From: a virus
Virus record (IMG/VR): IMGVR_UViG_3300012924_000005
Direction: 5' to 3' (one strand)
DNA: 38,445 bases
Shown here: one piece after another, positions 17,171 to 25,940 of the stretch
How the letters are laid out: the number at the start of each line of letters is the position of its first letter
Position numbering within the stretch: the stretch's first letter is position 1
Position numbers and translations under genes: made by a program
Notes under the pieces: model-generated
What the model was told of the DNA's origin: nothing
Database searches by the model: none
Seen by the model: the letters and a program-made list of their open reading frames with translations, nothing else

Positions 17171-19347
17171 TTTTCACCACCCGTTTGATCGGGGCGCCAC
17201 ACGCCCACTACGGTTCCACGACAACGCGCCCCACCGAGACAGTGAACATATCCACTGAACGGGTAGGTTTTCTCGACCATCTCCATGTCGGAGATGTTGC
17301 CCAGCCATCGCCCGTCAACCTCGCGGCACGGGCCGCACGTGTTCGAGTCGTTCTGCTCACTGGCGTACAGCGCACCATCCGGCGCGGCGCGCAACGTCGC
17401 CACCCGGCCGGCCGTCTGCGCGGCGCCCAGCGCCCCGCCCAACTGAAGCCGGGGATCCATGTCGGTCAGCGCATCAAGGTGCGCCCGGACCGCGTCGGCG
17501 ACTTCGTGCCCCGGAGCTCCGGGCCGCCGGGCGCGCAGCGCTGCCGCTGCCGCGGAGATGGCCAGCCCCGCCGCCAGGATGCCCACTGCGACCACGGCGC
17601 CGGCCGTCAGGTCCGAGCGCTTGGGTGCGACCGGATCCACGCCAGAGACGCCCTGAGCCTCCGCCTCTCGGCGGACCTGGCCGCCGGCCGACTCCCCGAG
17701 CGCGACCATCGCGGTCAGCAGCTTGTCGTAGGCGTCGTCCGTACTCACGGTCAGGTCGGCCGGCGCGAGCGGCTTGTCGCCGTCAACCGCCTCGCGGACC
17801 TGTCGCACGAGCGCGTCGTACTGCGCCCCAGTAACCGTGCCCCACTCGGCCAATAACCGCGACAGGGCATGCTCCCAGGCGTCCTGCACAGCAGTGAGAT
17901 CAACGTCCTGGCCACCGGTCGCCTCATTGCGCAGTACCCATCTCGCAGCCGGCGCGCCGAAAGCGGTAGGTGCCGGTGCGGGCTGTGGCAAGTTCAGATC
18001 AAGGTTAGCGCCAGCATCATTCAACATCTGCCGCGCTTCCGTCCAGGTGACTACCTTGTCGACCCCGAGATACACCTTCTGAACAAGGTTCCCGATCTCT
18101 GACACATCAAGCGCGCCACTGTCCAATGCGCCGGACGGAGCGGTCGCCACGACCGCTTTCATCACCACGGGCGGTAATCCGACAATCTCGGCAGCGCTGT
18201 CAGGGTCCACGCCAGCACTGATCAGCGTAGCAAAGTTCGTGCACTGCGCGGTCTGCTCAGCAGTGAGCTGTTCCTTGTTGTCCGGCGTCGGATCTTTGTA
18301 GTCCATTTCGAGGCCCACGGCACCGAACATTGGGAGGAGACGGTAATTCAGCGCATCGCGGAGACGGTTCGCCCGCGGCACCGTGAGGTTCTCAGCGAAG
18401 ATCTCTTTGCCAGTCTCCGCATTCGCCCTATTGACATCTTCGGTAACGCCAAGCATCGACTTCGGGAAACCGAATGCCTCCATGATCGTATCCCGCGATA
18501 ACGTCTGCAACTGTGCAAATTGCATATCACGCTGCGAGAACTTGCGGTCCACCCACTTGCCTTGCTCAACGATCGCCACGCGATGCGCCGCAGAGACGCC
18601 CTGGTGCTGCTCTCGCCATCGAGTGGTCATCTCTTTGAACTCAGTATCCGACAAACGCTTGTCGATCTCGATGATACCGCCCGGCTCAGCGGAGTTGAGG
18701 AAGAACGTGCGGTTCCACTCCGCTCCATACTTAGCCGAGTCGACATATGTCAGAATCGACTGCACCGGGCCGAGCCCGCGATAGGGGTCAAGCGGGTTTG
18801 GCATCTTGATCTGAATGACTTCGTCACGCTGCAACGGGATGCGCTCACCGTCCGGGGAGGTGTAGATGTACCCCGCGATGAAGCTATCCACGCTTGGCAC
18901 CGGCGTCATCCGGTCAGGACGCACCGGCCACATCCCCAGCACCACCGAGCGGACCATGGCCGACCGCTCGACCAGCCACCAGCCCTCGCCGGTCAGGTCA
19001 ATATGCTGCTGTGTCGCCTCGCAAAATTCAGCGTTCGTATAGAACTCATTAGGCGCATTCCACATATCGAGGATCGCGTGGCTGGAAACCTCGACCCGAT
19101 CTTCCTTGTTTCCCGACGCGGCCTTGCGCCACAGCGTCCAATCCAGCGCGGCCACCGCGGTCGAGGTCTTGTGCACGATGCCGAACAAGGTGCCGCTAGC
19201 ACCGAACGCCGCGAGTTGCTGTTCACGATCATTGCGCAGGGCCAGATGGAAGCCGGTCATACTGGCGCGGGAAGTGAGCGGCACCGGAGGTGCCTCGCCA
19301 CGCACCGCGCGGACCGCGTCCCGAATGCCCGCGAACGTTGACCTCAA
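17167..19347 (-). CDS. portal protein fused to a MuF-like (SPP1 gp7-like) minor head protein
   Basis: The portal-like body is followed by a C-terminal ...NDSNTCGPCREVDGRWLG...HCLGGARCRG motif (TCxxC..DG plus CRC), as in the Mu F family. The start is TTG 19347 (overlaps the upstream TGA) or ATG 19260. The track start at 19563 is unlikely. Confidence 0.85.
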   Translation of the reverse strand: MRSTFAGIRDAVRAVRGEAPPVPLTSRASMTGFHLALRNDREQQLAAFGASGTLFGIVHKTSTAVAALDWTLWRKAASGNKEDRVEVSSHAILDMWNAPNEFYTNAEFCEATQQHIDLTGEGWWLVERSAMVRSVVLGMWPVRPDRMTPVPSVDSFIAGYIYTSPDGERIPLQRDEVIQIKMPNPLDPYRGLGPVQSILTYVDSAKYGAEWNRTFFLNSAEPGGIIEIDKRLSDTEFKEMTTRWREQHQGVSAAHRVAIVEQGKWVDRKFSQRDMQFAQLQTLSRDTIMEAFGFPKSMLGVTEDVNRANAETGKEIFAENLTVPRANRLRDALNYRLLPMFGAVGLEMDYKDPTPDNKEQLTAEQTAQCTNFATLISAGVDPDSAAEIVGLPPVVMKAVVATAPSGALDSGALDVSEIGNLVQKVYLGVDKVVTWTEARQMLNDAGANLDLNLPQPAPAPTAFGAPAARWVLRNEATGGQDVDLTAVQDAWEHALSRLLAEWGTVTGAQYDALVRQVREAVDGDKPLAPADLTVSTDDAYDKLLTAMVALGESAGGQVRREAEAQGVSGVDPVAPKRSDLTAGAVVAVGILAAGLAISAAAAALRARRPGAPGHEVADAVRAHLDALTDMDPRLQLGGALGAAQTAGRVATLRAAPDGALYASEQNDSNTCGPCREVDGRWLGNISDMEMVEKTYPFSGYVHCLGGARCRGTVVGVWRPDQTGGEK

Positions 19348-19583
19348 CGGGTCAGCCGCCACTCCAGGAACAGCAGCCCCAGCGCGCTGGCAATCAGGCC
19401 CTGCGTCACACCGAGGTGCCAGCCCGCGCCGGCCACGCACCCGACCGCCCCGAGCGCGGCCAGCGGCAGCCGGGCGGTCAGGCCCACGAGCGCCGCGATC
19501 CCCGCCACCAACACCTCCGCCACAGGGCGTCGCTGCCGGGCCTGAGAGCGTCCCTCCCGCCATGCCGCCGTGATGGTGGACAT
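19344..19583 (-). CDS. small membrane protein (79 aa) between terminase and portal
   Basis: The ATG at 19583 has GAGGGGG 8 nt upstream. The sequence is MSTITAAWREGRSQARQRRPVAEVLVAGIAALVGLTARLPLAALGAVGCVAGAGWHLGV..., with 2-3 hydrophobic segments. Confidence 0.5.
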   Translation of the reverse strand: MSTITAAWREGRSQARQRRPVAEVLVAGIAALVGLTARLPLAALGAVGCVAGAGWHLGVTQGLIASALGLLFLEWRLTR

Positions 19584-19693
19584 CCGGACACCCCCTCGAT
19601 CATGTGGCGCCCCAGGCGCCGTCAGCGGGGCGCCTGGGGACTTGCCCGCTACCGTAGCGGAGTTGCGGCCTGTTGTGCTATGGCCCGACCGGT

Positions 19694-21076
19694 CTACAGC
19701 CAACGCACCCGGGGGCGCGCCGCTAGGTCGCGCTCCGCCACCAGGTACCGCATCGCATCCATGCCGTGGTCATCGTTCTTGGCTGGCTGCTCTTTTTCCA
19801 GCTTCTTGCCGCTGGCGTCCCGCGCCCAGACGTACCCGGTGATCTCCTCCAGGGTGCTCGTGGGCCGGCCCGCTTCCGCTAGCTCCGTGTCGCGCTCGAC
19901 CAGTACGTCCCGCACCAGGCCCAGCCGGGGCAGCCCGTCACCCTGCACGCGAAGTCGCATCTGTACCGCCTGAATGCCGTCGCTGACTGCCTTCATCGCG
20001 GGCACCGTGCTGAGCCCGAGTTCGCGCTCCAACGTTGCGCGTCCCTCGGCATCGTGATCGCACACAATCACCTGAGGTTTCGGCTCTCGCCAGATGCGCC
20101 CGTGATAGGCGAACCGCTCCGCGCCCTCGGGGTGCCGATACTCCCGATCCACGATCGACACATGCTTCATGATTGTCTGCGCATGCTGATCCACCGTACG
20201 GCGCGTGTGATATATCTCACGATAGAGAATCAACCTGCCGAACTGATCCATCGTCCAGAACTGACAGACAAACGGATTCGTATATCCGAAGTCAATTGAC
20301 CAGAAGCGAGGCCAGTCAAATGGAGGCATCTTCGGCTTATCCAGTAGATGAATCTCGGGATCGTACTCGTCATAGACGATACCCTCGGCAGCTATCCATT
20401 TACCGTACCGCAGGCGCGCCTTGCGCACCCCGGTTAGCCGATCAAGCTTCGAAATGTACGACGCGCCATCGGTCGTCACGTTGCCATCTTCATCGAACAA
20501 CCGAGGGTTATCCTCGTGTCGACACCAAATGACCTCAGTCTGCCCTTTCTCAATCCGCTGATTGAGCCAGTGTGTCGGCCGATCCGGGTTCGTGTCTGAG
20601 ATAATCTGCTGATACGTCAACTTGCCGTTACGCAAACGCGTCGTCAGCGACTCCCAGTCACTCTCGGTTAACTCGATCGCCTCCTGCACATAGATCAGAT
20701 CATACTCCGATGACATGATCTTTGATGGCTTGTCAATGCCACCGATGACGATGACTGATCCGTTACGATACCGATACTGCGGCGGCTCCTGCGAGCTACC
20801 CCCGTAGAACTCCAACTCGCCAACCACCATGCCCTCTTTGACCACGTGCTCACGCCACGTCACCAGCGCCGTGGAGCCAAGCGAGGCGAGCGTCTTGCGC
20901 ACGATCAACCCCCGCATACCCGGCGTCACGAGCGCGGCAAGGTGCATCTTCTCCAGGCACGCCCGCGACTTCCCGGTACCCGCCGCCCCGGACATCACCA
21001 CCTCGTCCGCCCGACACCGGAAGACAGCGGCAGCGGACCCGCGGGGCCGGTACCGGTGCTCCAGTACCGTGGCCAA
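19694..21076 (-). CDS. terminase large subunit
   Basis: Walker A SGAAGTGKSRA, Walker B-like DLIYVQEA, and a C-terminal nuclease-like region. 460 aa. TTG start directly after the TerS stop. Confidence 0.9.
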   Translation of the reverse strand: MATVLEHRYRPRGSAAAVFRCRADEVVMSGAAGTGKSRACLEKMHLAALVTPGMRGLIVRKTLASLGSTALVTWREHVVKEGMVVGELEFYGGSSQEPPQYRYRNGSVIVIGGIDKPSKIMSSEYDLIYVQEAIELTESDWESLTTRLRNGKLTYQQIISDTNPDRPTHWLNQRIEKGQTEVIWCRHEDNPRLFDEDGNVTTDGASYISKLDRLTGVRKARLRYGKWIAAEGIVYDEYDPEIHLLDKPKMPPFDWPRFWSIDFGYTNPFVCQFWTMDQFGRLILYREIYHTRRTVDQHAQTIMKHVSIVDREYRHPEGAERFAYHGRIWREPKPQVIVCDHDAEGRATLERELGLSTVPAMKAVSDGIQAVQMRLRVQGDGLPRLGLVRDVLVERDTELAEAGRPTSTLEEITGYVWARDASGKKLEKEQPAKNDDHGMDAMRYLVAERDLAARPRVRWL

Positions 21077-21514
21077 CTACCTCACGTCCATCGGGTCGAT
21101 GCCCTCGATGATCGTCTTGATGGTGCCCTCCATCTGGACAGAGAGCCGCGCCGGCAGCTGCCCCAGCTCCTCGGCCACCGCGCGCAGCGCCGCCTGCTTC
21201 ACACGACGCAACTCCGGCGTGACGCCATCCTCACCTTCGACGCGCTCAACGTCATCCACGTCGCGCTCATAGGCGGCCAGGCGCGCTTCCTTCCGGGCAA
21301 TCCACAGCCCGGCAAACTCGTTGGCAAAGTCATCCCGGATCGCGTCGATCATGTCCCGCTCGCGTCGAGCGAAGTCCGAGATGGCCTGCTGGGTGACGCT
21401 GTATTTGTCCGCTAGCTCGACCTGAGTTTGCCCACCAGCAGCAAGATCCCGAGCCAACGCCAGCCGAATATGCCCCCTCAGGGGGCGCGCAGTTGAATAC
21501 ACGTTATCCACCAA
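21077..21514 (-). CDS. terminase small subunit candidate (HTH)
   Basis: It lies immediately upstream of TerL. HTH-like QTQVELADKYSVTQQAISDF. The start is uncertain (TTG 21514, GTG 21511 or 21502). Confidence 0.6.
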   Translation of the reverse strand: MVDNVYSTARPLRGHIRLALARDLAAGGQTQVELADKYSVTQQAISDFARRERDMIDAIRDDFANEFAGLWIARKEARLAAYERDVDDVERVEGEDGVTPELRRVKQAALRAVAEELGQLPARLSVQMEGTIKTIIEGIDPMDVR

Positions 21515-21543
21515 ATTGAGACAAGCCCAACTACCAAGAACAC

Positions 21544-21576
21544 GCGCCCCCGCGATGTAGCTTATCGCGGGGGCGC
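21544..21576 (-). terminator. 13-bp perfect-stem hairpin separating the early-left genes from the late operon
   Basis: GCGCCCCCGCGAT-gtagctt-ATCGCGGGGGCGC. On the minus strand it is followed by GTGTTCTTGG. Confidence 0.55.
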
Positions 21577-21592
21577 AATCATGATCGACTGG

Positions 21593-21949
21593 TTACGCTG
21601 CGAACGGATTGACAACCGGCATCACGGCGCCGTCATTGCTCGACTCGGCCTGCTCCTGCTTGGAGGCGACCTTCGCCCTGAGCGCCGCGTCGATCGCCGC
21701 CACCTGCGCGGCCGACATGTCGCCGGTCACCTGGAAGTAGAACACGTCACCCTGCCGGGCATACTGAACGTTCTTGCGCTCGCTGATGGCCCACCGCTTC
21801 GCCTTGCCGTTCAGCGCGCTCGCCTTGCCCTCGTAGTCCTCCGAGGTCAGCTTGTAGATACGGCCGTCCGCGTACTGATCCCAGTTCACGCGCGGCTTGG
21901 TGCCGCCCGCGTGCCGGACGGCGGGGAACTGGTCAAGAACTTCTGCCAT
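21593..21949 (-). CDS. hypothetical protein (118 aa)
   Basis: ORF track. The ATG at 21949 has GGAAAGG 8 nt upstream. Confidence 0.7.
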   Translation of the reverse strand: MAEVLDQFPAVRHAGGTKPRVNWDQYADGRIYKLTSEDYEGKASALNGKAKRWAISERKNVQYARQGDVFYFQVTGDMSAAQVAAIDAALRAKVASKQEQAESSNDGAVMPVVNPFAA

Positions 21950-21973
21950 GTCAATCACCTTTCCTGTCGCGGG

Positions 21974-22297
21974 TCACTGCCTGTGATCCGTCATCAGGAC
22001 CGATGCTAGCACCGTCTTCGCAATTGTCAAATTAATCTTCCTGCGAGGAAGACCATTGGTCTTCGCCCACCCGCCGACGGTGCGCCCGTCGTGCCATACC
22101 AGCCACACCCTCTCCGCGCCCCGCCGGCAGTCCAGCGCCACGCTGCTCACCACGCGTCCAGCCGGCCCGTAAGCCCCCGTAGTCTCGCCCCTCGCCCACG
22201 TACAGCTCACCGCCCAACCCCAACCCTCCACCCGGGTCCACAGGATGCTCACAGCCCGTGGAACCCGGGTATCCGCCTTGTCCGTGATCTCAGCCAC
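21974..22297 (-). CDS. hypothetical Trp-rich protein (107 aa)
   Basis: ORF track. The GTG start overlaps the RusA stop by 8 nt. Confidence 0.55.
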   Translation of the reverse strand: MAEITDKADTRVPRAVSILWTRVEGWGWAVSCTWARGETTGAYGPAGRVVSSVALDCRRGAERVWLVWHDGRTVGGWAKTNGLPRRKINLTIAKTVLASVLMTDHRQ

Positions 22298-22757
22298 CCG
22301 CCCGCGTCCTCACATTGATCGCCACTCCCATGACTCCACCCACGGCAACGTTTGCGTATTTCTTCGAACAGGCAAGTGTGATCACTTGCGAATCATCCGC
22401 ATACACCCTTGCGTCTGTCAGTGCATCCAGCACGTTGCGAATCAGCTTATCAAGGTCTCCATACTGCCGACCGATCGGACTTTCGACATCCCTGTCCACG
22501 CGCCCCGTTGATGGTATGAGAAATGTCATACTGACTATCACCGGACCGTGATGCGGATATCCCTCTTTCAACTTCAGTCCATTGATGATCTCATCCGTGA
22601 TCGCGCGCACAGCCGCGTTGCTCACGGCCACCCTCCATGCCTTGCTGTCCTTCACTTGTTCTTCCATGCGCACCTTACGTGTTGACCAATTAACTATCGG
22701 TTTCAATGAACCCTTCGTTCGTGGTCTTCCCTCCACGAAGATATCCAGCAATTCCAT
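22290..22757 (-). CDS. rusA: RusA-like Holliday junction resolvase
   Basis: MELLDIFVEGRPRTKGS...GDLDKLIRNVLDALTDARVYADDSQV, the RusA catalytic Asp pattern. The track ORF begins at TTG 22808. Confidence 0.78.
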   Translation of the reverse strand: MELLDIFVEGRPRTKGSLKPIVNWSTRKVRMEEQVKDSKAWRVAVSNAAVRAITDEIINGLKLKEGYPHHGPVIVSMTFLIPSTGRVDRDVESPIGRQYGDLDKLIRNVLDALTDARVYADDSQVITLACSKKYANVAVGGVMGVAINVRTRAGG

Positions 22758-22821
22758 CCTCGTTATTGCCTCCGTCCGGTCTAGTTGATCTTGATCTTTC
22801 CGGCTCAACTTCGTTCCCAGG

Positions 22822-23147
22822 ATTCCGGCGGGGGGTTCTACTAACCCCCCCCCGCCGGACGGAATTTCCGGAGACCATTCCGGAGATCATTTACTCCGGA
22901 AAAACCCTGGTCAGAACGTTCCGGGCAAGATTCCGGAATTCCGGGACAGACATCGATGAACGTCTCCGGAATCCTCTCCGGAATCGGACATTTGCCCCCA
23001 GTGTAGGTATAGATCGGCACAAAAAACAACCAACGATCGTCGATACCATTCTCGACAAATCCCCCCATGTCTAACCTTGTCTCTGATACCCCCCGGAATT
23101 TTGGCCCGGAATCCCGGAATCCGGAGCCCCCTGGCCGGAATCCGGGG
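22822..23147. repeat. iteron array: at least 14 copies of (T/C)CCGGAAT in both orientations in two clusters around an AT-rich spacer; putative origin
   Basis: Copies near 22822, 22865, 22877, 22893, 22929 and 22937 (palindrome ATTCCGGAATTCCGG), 22964, 22975, 23091, 23106, 23114, 23119 and 23134. The spacer 22990-23090 is A/T-rich (cacaaaaaacaaccaac). Confidence 0.6.
22825..22858. other. G/C homopolymer hairpin at the left edge of the iteron array
   Basis: CCGGCGGGGGG-ttctactaaccc-CCCCCCGCCGG, an 11-bp stem. Confidence 0.5.
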
Positions 23148-23151
23148 CAGA

Positions 23152-25050
23152 TCATTCGGACATCCGATCTTCAATCGGGACATACCTGTACGACTGAGTA
23201 CCCTCAACCCGAGCAAGCAGCCGACGTTGGATCATCTCATTCCACGTATCGTAAAATACGGTCTTAGACATCCCTCGTTCAGCAGCTATCGAGCGAACCT
23301 CGGCCTTAGTGCCACCGTTCCCAGTAGCGAATGGACCACGTGGCGCGGTGAACAAACTGATCATTTTTTGAAGCGCCGGCATCTTGCTATCTTCAAATAC
23401 ATCATACGCCACAAGCGCACTCCCGGGCTCGATCATCACGCATGAAGTGATGGGCAAGCCGTCTTCATCCTTGCCCATCTCCATCACGTGCATGAGGAAA
23501 TCGAGCTTGACATCATCTGCGTCGTCCTTCTGCTTCGGCGTAGTCACCTCAATCTTCTGTCCCTCACGCCGCACCAGCAGCTCTGTCTGGATGCCGGCCT
23601 TGACCGCGGTAGCACCCCGCCCCTCCTCCCCGTTGTGGCCGAGATGATGCACGAACAGCACGCAGGCTCCCGTCGCACGCCTTAGCGCCTCGGCGTGACC
23701 GATGACCACGCCCATCTCGGTATTGTCGTTCTCGTTGACCCCGGTCGTAACGCGTGCTTGCGTATCGAGCACAATGAGCGCGGGTGACAACCGACGACAC
23801 GCCTCCATGAGCGTCGTCCACTCCGTGCCCGTAACCTGCACAGGGCGTGGCAGGAATCGCACCCCATCCATGCGTGCATCGTGCCACTTCTCCCAGGCGC
23901 GTACACGCTTACGGAATCCCTCGGCCCCCTCGGCAACGACATACACCACCAGCCCCTGATGGACCCTCGCCCCCCGCCAGTCCATCCCCGCGCCAACGTG
24001 TGCCGCAATGTCAAGCGTGACGAATGACTTACCATGCGTACTCTTCCCGTTGATTCGCGCCACTGAGTTACGTGACAGCCACCCCTTCACGAGTGGCTGC
24101 AAGTCCCCGATCGCGTCCAGCTCATCCGTGTTCAGCATCTCCGCGATTAGCGCGTCTGCCGCATCCCCCCCTCCACCCTGATCCTCAGCCGGCGCGGCAT
24201 CACCCCCACCGCGCATCTCGTACGGTTCGCGCATCCCGGCCATCAGGCCCGAGCGCACCGTGGCGCGGATCTCCGCCGCGCCCAGCCCAACCGCCTCACC
24301 GATCGCGGTCAGCCGCTCGGCCACCGCGGCCTCCGGCCAGAAGGCCGGCACGAAGTGGCCGCAGAGCAGCGCCGTAGCGTTGAGCACGTGGTTGCGTCCG
24401 CCGGGCTGAGCACCCCGGAGTCGGTCCAACGCGGCCCCGACGTACACCGCGGCCTCTTCCCGGGAAAAGCCCCGTGCCGGCCCGCTGAACGGGTCCGCAA
24501 CCCCAGTCCCACCCGCAGTCCCACCCGGTCCCACGCTGTCCCCGGCGGCCCGGCGCATTCGCTCGACCACCACGACCGGCAGGTCCGGCAGGTTGCACAC
24601 CAGCGGCGGCAGGGCGTAGGCGACCACGTACCCGCCCAGCCCCTTGACGTCCACGTCCAGGGCCACCCGGCCGGTACTGTCGGTGCCCACCACGGCGCGG
24701 CGCGGCTCCGCGTAGAAGAGGTGTCGGCCCCCGGAGGGGGTGGCCGTGGCCGTGGCCGGCTCCACTTCGCCCAGCTCGCGCCAGGCGGCCCGGCCAGCGC
24801 GCAGCCGGCCATGCTTCGGCCCCTCGTCCAGGTCCACTACAACCACGCCGGACTTCCCACAGTCGATCGCCCAGCCCTCGGCATCCGGGTACCGGGCGGC
24901 CAGCGCGGCCAGCGCCGCAGGCTCCGTCGTGCTTTCTGACCTCCACCGGCAGCCACGCGCGGGCGTCTTTTCTAGTATCGATGCGATCGGGAACACGGCA
25001 TATCCAGATGCGGTGAGTTCCCGAGCGAGTTTGATCATGCTATCGTGCAT
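23152..25050 (-). CDS. bifunctional primase-polymerase / RepA-DnaB-like helicase with a C-terminal winged-helix-like region
   Basis: Prim-Pol motifs AVFPI, VVVVDLDEG and TPSGGRHLFY. Walker A NGKSTHGKS, Walker B ALIVLDTQAR. 632 aa. Confidence 0.88.
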   Translation of the reverse strand: MHDSMIKLARELTASGYAVFPIASILEKTPARGCRWRSESTTEPAALAALAARYPDAEGWAIDCGKSGVVVVDLDEGPKHGRLRAGRAAWRELGEVEPATATATPSGGRHLFYAEPRRAVVGTDSTGRVALDVDVKGLGGYVVAYALPPLVCNLPDLPVVVVERMRRAAGDSVGPGGTAGGTGVADPFSGPARGFSREEAAVYVGAALDRLRGAQPGGRNHVLNATALLCGHFVPAFWPEAAVAERLTAIGEAVGLGAAEIRATVRSGLMAGMREPYEMRGGGDAAPAEDQGGGGDAADALIAEMLNTDELDAIGDLQPLVKGWLSRNSVARINGKSTHGKSFVTLDIAAHVGAGMDWRGARVHQGLVVYVVAEGAEGFRKRVRAWEKWHDARMDGVRFLPRPVQVTGTEWTTLMEACRRLSPALIVLDTQARVTTGVNENDNTEMGVVIGHAEALRRATGACVLFVHHLGHNGEEGRGATAVKAGIQTELLVRREGQKIEVTTPKQKDDADDVKLDFLMHVMEMGKDEDGLPITSCVMIEPGSALVAYDVFEDSKMPALQKMISLFTAPRGPFATGNGGTKAEVRSIAAERGMSKTVFYDTWNEMIQRRLLARVEGTQSYRYVPIEDRMSE

Positions 25051-25176
25051 GTGCGATCACTGCCGCTCTGTCCGGGCTGCCGCGATCCGTCCTCAAGACA
25101 GCCGCTTTCCGAGCAATCGGGGGCGGCTGTCGAGCGTCCGGGGCGGGAGCGGGTGGTGGCTGTCCGGGGCCTCCGA

Positions 25177-25461
25177 TCATTCACCCGCGCGCAGCCACGC
25201 GTCGAGGGCCGCCCGGATGACCGCCCCCCGGCTGACTCGGACGCTCCGCTCGATGCCGTCGTGCCATACCAGGCGGTCCCGGGCCGCCTCGATCCGCTGG
25301 CTCATGTCCGGGTCGATCATGACACTTGTCGGAATTGTATACTTTCTATAGCGGTTGCCCTCGTTGGCGCTGCGCCGCTCCGGCACCCTCGCTACCACTT
25401 CGGTCCGGCGCCCGGAGCGGCGCGCCCGCGGGGCGCCCGCCGGCTCATCCTGGTCACTCAT
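25177..25461 (-). CDS. ribbon-helix-helix DNA-binding protein candidate
   Basis: KYTIPTSVMIDPDMSQRIEAARDRL...SRGAVIRAALDAWL. It is the first gene of the leftward early block. The start is 25461 or 25470, with no clear SD, so it may be leaderless or have a short leader. Confidence 0.6.
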   Translation of the reverse strand: MSDQDEPAGAPRARRSGRRTEVVARVPERRSANEGNRYRKYTIPTSVMIDPDMSQRIEAARDRLVWHDGIERSVRVSRGAVIRAALDAWLRAGE

Positions 25462-25463
25462 GC

Positions 25464-25491
25464 TTGACATGTTACTAGGTCTGCGTATAAT
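25464..25491 (+). promoter_or_regulatory. consensus sigma70-type promoter for the rightward early operon
   Basis: TTGACA (25464-25469), 16 nt, TATAAT (25486-25491). AGGAG and the GTG start of the first ORF follow at 25542. Confidence 0.7.
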
Positions 25492-25497
25492 TACGCA
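25482..25497. promoter_or_regulatory. inverted repeat over the -10 box (candidate operator)
   Basis: TGCGTA-TAAT-TACGCA, in the divergent region between the RHH gene and the rightward operon. Confidence 0.4.
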
Positions 25498-25541
25498 AGA
25501 GGACGACACGCAGCGCAGCAAAACGAGACAGGAGTAGCGAC

Positions 25542-25940
25542 GTGAATAACAACTTCCCGATCGGCACGAAGGTCACGTGGGCGCATGGCCGCGACGACAA
25601 CTTTACCGCTACGGTGGTAACGCCAACCCGCCCGCAGAATACCTTTGAATACCAGACGCGCGCATCGGTCTTCATCCGACGGTATGACAACAATCGAACT
25701 CAATGGGTGAATGCCGAGAAGCTGGTAGCTATCGAGTCGACCCCCGATGACCGTTACGACATGAATAGCGACGCGCAGACGATGGCGCACATGGCGCGGT
25801 TCTACTGGGAAGCGACGCCCAGCAAGATTGACGAGACGCTGCGCGACTTCGATACTGCGGCGCTGGCGCGGGTGGAGATGGCCGCGAACGCGATCAACAT
25901 CCTTGCTCAGCGGATCCTCCAGGAGCGAGGTGCGCTGTGA
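25542..25940 (+). CDS. hypothetical early protein (132 aa)
   Basis: ORF track. GTG start with AGGAG 8 nt upstream. Confidence 0.78.
   Translation: MNNNFPIGTKVTWAHGRDDNFTATVVTPTRPQNTFEYQTRASVFIRRYDNNRTQWVNAEKLVAIESTPDDRYDMNSDAQTMAHMARFYWEATPSKIDETLRDFDTAALARVEMAANAINILAQRILQERGAL

Noticed and set aside
22706-23445. Track ORFs 22706-23074 (+), 22841-23155 (-), 22911-23216 (-), 23067-23267 (+) and 23077-23445 (+).
   Set aside because: Their translations are repetitive (PGIR/SGIP/FRPG) because they read through the CCGGAAT repeats, or they lie antisense to the helicase C-terminus. None has a ribosome binding site or a coding-like third-position bias.
25097-25131. A hairpin GACAGCCGC-N17-GCGGCTGTC between the RHH gene and the primase-helicase, considered as a terminator or attenuator.
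   Set aside because: The loop is large (17 nt), there is no U-tract, and the two genes appear to belong to one operon. The evidence is too weak to annotate.
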